This document shows, piece by piece, positions 59,083 to 64,000 of a stretch of 64,000 nt of DNA (position 1 is the stretch's first letter; every line of letters begins with the position of its first letter). This DNA comes from Azolla caroliniana (Eukaryota > Plantae > Polypodiophyta). The notes under the pieces were generated by a model. The model made no database searches. It saw only the letters and a list, made by a program, of their open reading frames with translations, and was not told where the DNA came from. A program made the position numbers and the translations under genes. The stretch covers positions 4,464,001 to 4,528,000 of the forward strand of contig JBHGNT010000022.1 of assembly GCA_043228905.1 (NCBI GenBank), given 5' to 3'.

Positions 59083-61259
59083 TGTCGTAGTGTATTTCGT
59101 ACACTGTGTGAAAAAGTAAAAATAATATAACTGATTTAATTACATATAAATAAATAAAATAAGAATATCAAAATGTTTATCACGTGCATAGGGCAAGATT
59201 CGAACCCTGTACCTCCACGTAACCAAACCTCAACTTTACCATTATGCTACCTTATCTTTAGTGTTCTACAAATATTTTGAGTGCGTGAATATTTATTAAA
59301 AGGTAAATCATGCATTTTTAGAGTGCGTGAATATTTTATAGAAAAACGCAAGCAACTAAAAAGTGACTCATGCACATCTAGCGTGCATGAGCACTATATT
59401 TAGCAAATAAAAGCAAGGATTAGAAAAGCATCACATGCAAATTTAGTGTGCATGAACATATTAGAAAAAAAAAGCATGTAGCTATGCTTAGTCTCTCCCG
59501 TCACTATATAAGGATGGGGAGCACATTGTAGTTTTTGTTGATTATTTTTCTATAATGATCAATCAATCTAAAATATTCGTGGGATTCACGAATTTTGCCA
59601 TCTAAATTACTCTTATAATCTAAATATTGTTTTAAATACACTAAACTCGTGGGATTCACGAGATTGCTATCTTATAACTCTTTATACCTATTCTTTACTA
59701 GCCTTATTTGTATTTTTCTTCCTCCTAGTCCAAAACCTCGGCGGTTCCCACCCGACTCACGCAACGATCCGGAGCCGAAAGGCACGACACAGTTGGTGAA
59801 CCCGACGTGAAATACGGAGCACGCGCTACGGCACCAAAAGAAGCACGTGCTACGACGTAAAGAGAAGCACATGCTACGGCACAAAAAGAAGCATGCGCTA
59901 CGGTGCAAAAAGAAGCATGCACTACGGGGTAATACGACGCATGCACTACGATGGAATACAAAGCATGCGCTACGGCCTAATACGACGCATGCGCAACATC
60001 GAGAAATAAAGCATGCATTAAAGCCGCACAAGGACCTAACAGCGAGCGCGTATTCGGAGATCAACATCAACGCGTGGGTAGAACCTACGGAAGACAAGTG
60101 CAGAGTGGAGAGAGACAACACGCCGAGATGCTCAAGAGGACCACAAGGGACCATGACAACCACTCATGGCAATGCAAAGAATGAACGAAGACTATGGTGG
60201 ATCGGATGGCGACAATGGTTCGGGTGCTAAGAATGGATGTGTTCAAAATGGAGAGACAAAGCTAACATGGGGAGAGAAACGGAGCGTACAACAAGTAACG
60301 AAGTATTACGAGGGCCGGTAACCAGAAACCGGAGAGAGCCAGCAACCGAACTGAACCGGAAACTGGGCGGAGTCGGCAACCAAAAACCAGAGACCGGCAA
60401 CGAAACCAACCATGCGGAGAACGAACGAACGAGACTAACAATCACTGACAACTTCGGCACATACTGGAGGATGTGCGGGTTTGGAGGGGGCGAGTGTCAT
60501 AGTGTATTTCGTACACTACGTGAAAAACTTATAAAGTACCGATTTAATAAATATGAATAAATAGTAGAAAATATTAAAATGTATATAACATGCATAGGGC
60601 AAGATTCAAACCTTGCACCTCCATATTAATAATGTAATGTCTTACCATTACACTAGCATTTCATTAGTGTTCAAAAATAGATGTTCCACATAGAAAGCTT
60701 AGTTCACCTAGGATAAACTTTAGTTAAAAGAAAACGCATGCTAAAAGAAAAAGCTACGCATGCACATCTAGCGTGCATGAACGCTATAGTTGATAAAAAA
60801 CGCACAAGTTAGAAAAAGCATGATCACTTTAGATAAAGCATATAGTCTATCTATAGGAAAAGCATGGAGTCTATAGTTAGAAAAAAAAAGCATGGACTCC
60901 CTCATCACTACATAAGGATGGGGAGCACAATGTAATAGGGGTGTGAAATATTTGGAAATTGGATATATTTCCGAAAACACCAACCGATTAATATAATCGT
61001 GGGATTCACGAAAATAATATAATCTATACTTGTGGGATTCACAAGTTTCTTATATCTTTCTTTCAATCTAAATACATATTCTTATCTAAATATTGATTAA
61101 TCGAATACAATACACTCGTGGGATTCACGAAATTTCTATCTCTCTTTCTAATAATCTATTCATTACTAGCCTCATCTCATATTCTTCTTTCTCCTAGTCC
61201 AAAACCCTAGTGGTTCCCACCCGACTCACGCAAACGATTCAGAGCCGAAAGGCACGACA
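59083..61259 (+). mobile_element. TRIM/LARD-like non-coding LTR element of the Trp-PBS family (LTRs 59083-59789 and 60495-61259)
   Basis: TGTC...CGACA ends. PBS TGGTGAACCCGACGTGA at 59794-59810. 4-bp TSD ACGG/GCGG. 700-bp internal region with ~22-bp repeats. Confidence 0.88.
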
Positions 61260-64000
61260 GCGGTGGTATGGGACGCCGATCGAGGCTCGAGTCCGTCTCG
61301 ATCCCTTCGCTCGAGGGTGGTCGGGTGGATCGACACCCTTCTTTCTCTTTCTCCTTTCTATCTATCATTAGTTTATCCTTATCTTAAGCTTACTTTAGTA
61401 CCTAGATCTCTAATACGGATGATGAGTGCCCGGCAAGCGCCGGATGATGCAGGCCCGGTGAGGAGTGCTCACCGGATGAAGGGACATATTCGTAAATATG
61501 TTTCTGAGAGTCCATCGGGGCTATATTTGTAAATAGTCAAAAAGTCATTTTAGTATAAATATGACTTAGGGCAAACTTAGTGAAGAGTTGATGGTGTCAT
61601 TCTTGTAGGTGCAAGATTAGAGCGCAACAGTGTACAAAGAGAGAGAGAGAGAGGAAGAGGTCGTTGCCTCTGTTGTAACAACCACCTGTGGCGAAGATAA
61701 CAAGCTCGAGGTTGTTGCCTCGGTGCTTTACCATTGTACATTGTGATATAGTGATAGTTTGCAGTCTGTGGGCTGCCGTGGTTTTTTCCCTAGTTTGGGT
61801 TTTCCACGTTAACATCCTGTGTACTCTTCTCTCCATTGTGTCGTGTATTCATTCCCGTTTTTCTGTGTTTGATTCTAAGCTTGGTTGTGGCCGAGCATTG
61901 TTCATCAGGAGCGCGTAGTTCCTGTCATATTTCACATCTATTGTCATCCCCCCCTTGATAAGATTACTCTTCCCCTTTTTATACATGAGGAAGGTGGGTG
62001 CATGAGTGCCAAGTGTCACCCATGCATGAGTCCCAAGTGTCACCCATGCATAATAGGCACCTACATTTGTGGGTAATAGCTTTAATAGCTTTAATAGCTT
62101 TTATAGCTCTAATTGCTTTTATAACTCTAATAGCTTTAATAGCTTTAATAACTCTAATAGCTGATAGTGATAATAATAAGTGTGTTAATAATAGGTATTT
62201 AGCTTTAAAAGTCGATATTTCATCTTCTTCATCAACAATTTCAGCTAACACACTTGGATCTATTTGATCGAGAAAAGAGTGAAGTCTTCTCGTGCTTCTG
62301 GAACCTAAAGAGTCATGTTGAATGAGAAACTAGAAGAAAGATCAAGTGTCAAAGATCGGATGGCGGAAAAGGATATTTTTTCGACAAGTTCACAAGTTAT
62401 CTACAGACCAAGGGAATCCAAAGAGAGTTCTCCTATAGATACACGCCGGAGCAGAATGACATAGCTGAATGTCGGAATCAGACATTAGTAGAAGTGGCGA
62501 GGGCATTGTTGGAGGAGAAGAACATGCCCTGGATATATTGGGCCGACACAATTCAGACAACTGTCTACATACTGAAGCGGTTTCTGTCTCCAGGACAAAG
62601 GTGTCACCGCATGAATTGTATTTCGAGCGGAAGCCGAAGTTGGCACACCTTTAGGTATTTGGTAGCATTGCATACGTGCATGTGCCGGATGACAAGCAAA
62701 AGAAGTTGGATGCCAAGGCCGAGAAGTGCATCTTGGTTGGCCACTCTGATAAGCAGAAGGGGTACAAGTGCTACAACCCCCGATCAAAGCAAGTTCGAGT
62801 TAGCCACGATGTGAACCACCCAAACCCGAGCCGATTGTTGTGAACGAGGAGACGGATTCCGGAACAGAGGAAAGCATAGCAGGATCTGATAAGCTGGATA
62901 GTCCGACTTCCCTCCGGATCAATGGACCGAATCTGGACTGGTTGAACTAGAGTGGCCAACCGAATAACGAGCTGACAAGTAGCGAAGACTCAGTCGTGCT
63001 CTCACAACGCAAGGAATCGAGGAGACGGTTCACACGCAAAGAGAAGGGGAAGACAAAGATGCCGAAATATGACACCAATAGAGGCGAGTTGGATCGAAGC
63101 AAATCCGACTCCTAGAAGCAAGAAGATGGACCTCTGGAGAAGAGGTCGGAGTTGTCCAAGAGAGCCATCAAATCGGCAGAGTAGAAATTGCGTTGATCTA
63201 CCCGCCAGAAGCACCTCGTAGTTCGGTATGGATATAATGACTATATGGCGCACCATTATGCGTATGTCATGGTGAAGGTGGCAGTTGTGCGGAGCCGGAG
63301 AGCTACTCAGAAGTGGCTACGGACCCGAACTAGCAAATGGCCATGGAGGAAGAGATGTACACACTCATGGAAAATGAGATGTGGGACTTGGTTGATGTAC
63401 TGAAAGGAGTAAAGTCAATCGGTTGACGGTGGGTGTATAAAGTCAAATAGAATGTTGACGACCCTGTTAATCGGTACAAGGCCCCACTAGTGGTAAACGG
63501 CTATGCGCAACAGCACGACATCGATTACGATGAGATGTTGACACCGGTCACAAAGATGACGACCTTCTGTGTCTTGCTTGTAGTGGTAGCGGCGAAGGGG
63601 TGGCATCTACATCAGATGGATGTGAAAAACGCGTTTCTACAAGGTGATCTTGAGGAACAAGTGTATATGATTCAGCCCCTCGGTTTTCAGTCTGATATGA
63701 ATACGTCGACCGTTTGTCAACTGAAGAAGTCCATATACGGACTCAAGTAGACCCCATGAGCATGGAACGCAAAAATCACGTAGAGACTGCGTTGGATGGG
63801 GTTTGCGTCATCAAAATCAGACTCTTCACTCTTCATCTGGTAGGGTTAGAATGGGCCAGTGAGCATTTTGTTCTATATGGATGACCTTCATTGCTGGAGC
63901 CCACCTAGAAGAAATCAACCGCGTCAAGTCCAAACTCGTGACATCCTTTGAAATGAAGGATCTTGGTGATTTTCATTACTTCATAGGTATCGAACTGATC

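Larger units (their letters stand above)
52276..61415 (+). mobile_element. Chromovirus-type Ty3/gypsy (5' LTR 52276-52725; 3' LTR 58840-61415, split by a TRIM)
   Basis: Matching LTRs, TSD CGGAT, PBS TGGTATCAGAGC at 52728-52739, PPT AAAGAGGGGGGGGAG, 1.7-kb leader. Confidence 0.95.
52063..61927 (+). repeat. Solo LTR of the copia A family (52063-52275 plus 61416-61927) with ~39-bp tandem repeats, split by the chromovirus
   Basis: TG...CA ends, TSD TATTT. Starts with ggtccctccggatggg, as does the LTR at 2691. gaagacccggtgagaaccggatga repeated about 5 times. Confidence 0.85.
51925..62237. repeat. Possible LTR-like remnant (51925-52062 plus 61928-62237) containing (TAATAGCTT)n at about 62074-62165
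   Basis: TGTTGAT...ATCAACA inverted ends. Interrupts copia E. No TSD seen. Confidence 0.35.
50770..64000 (+). mobile_element. Decayed Ty1/copia element E (LTR to 51234, PBS at 51235, gag/INT pieces to 51921, INT-RT 62250-64000); runs off the right edge
   Basis: TACA|TGGTATCAAAGC, LWHKRIGH and [14 protein letters not shown]. Colinear with 22824-28457. Left boundary approximate. Confidence 0.85.

Overview
This window is a deeply nested transposable-element cluster, most likely from a non-seed land plant (inferred from the element types). I found no host gene outside the elements. At least 16 insertions can be ordered by matching LTRs and target-site duplications (TSDs). The outermost element resolved is a decayed minus-strand Gypsy (about 3.7-50.8 kb) of a TGTCG...CGACA LTR family whose relatives here use a tRNA-Trp primer site. 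Inside it lie several Ty1/copia elements, a gag-only element, a one-ended Sola2-like DNA transposon carrying a multi-exon RING-H2 gene, and two related Gypsy elements. A chromovirus and a TRIM sit further right. The most striking observation concerns the two related Gypsy elements, one of them intact and very young (39480-49361, with a 1955-aa gag-pol and a ~970-aa ORF2). Neither has a polypurine tract (PPT). In its place both carry a conserved copy of a tRNA 3' end ending in CCA, exactly 2 nt from the 3' LTR. This is in effect a second, inverted primer-binding site (PBS), and it suggests plus-strand synthesis primed by a tRNA or tRNA mimic. All tRNA and family assignments come from recalled motifs, not database searches.
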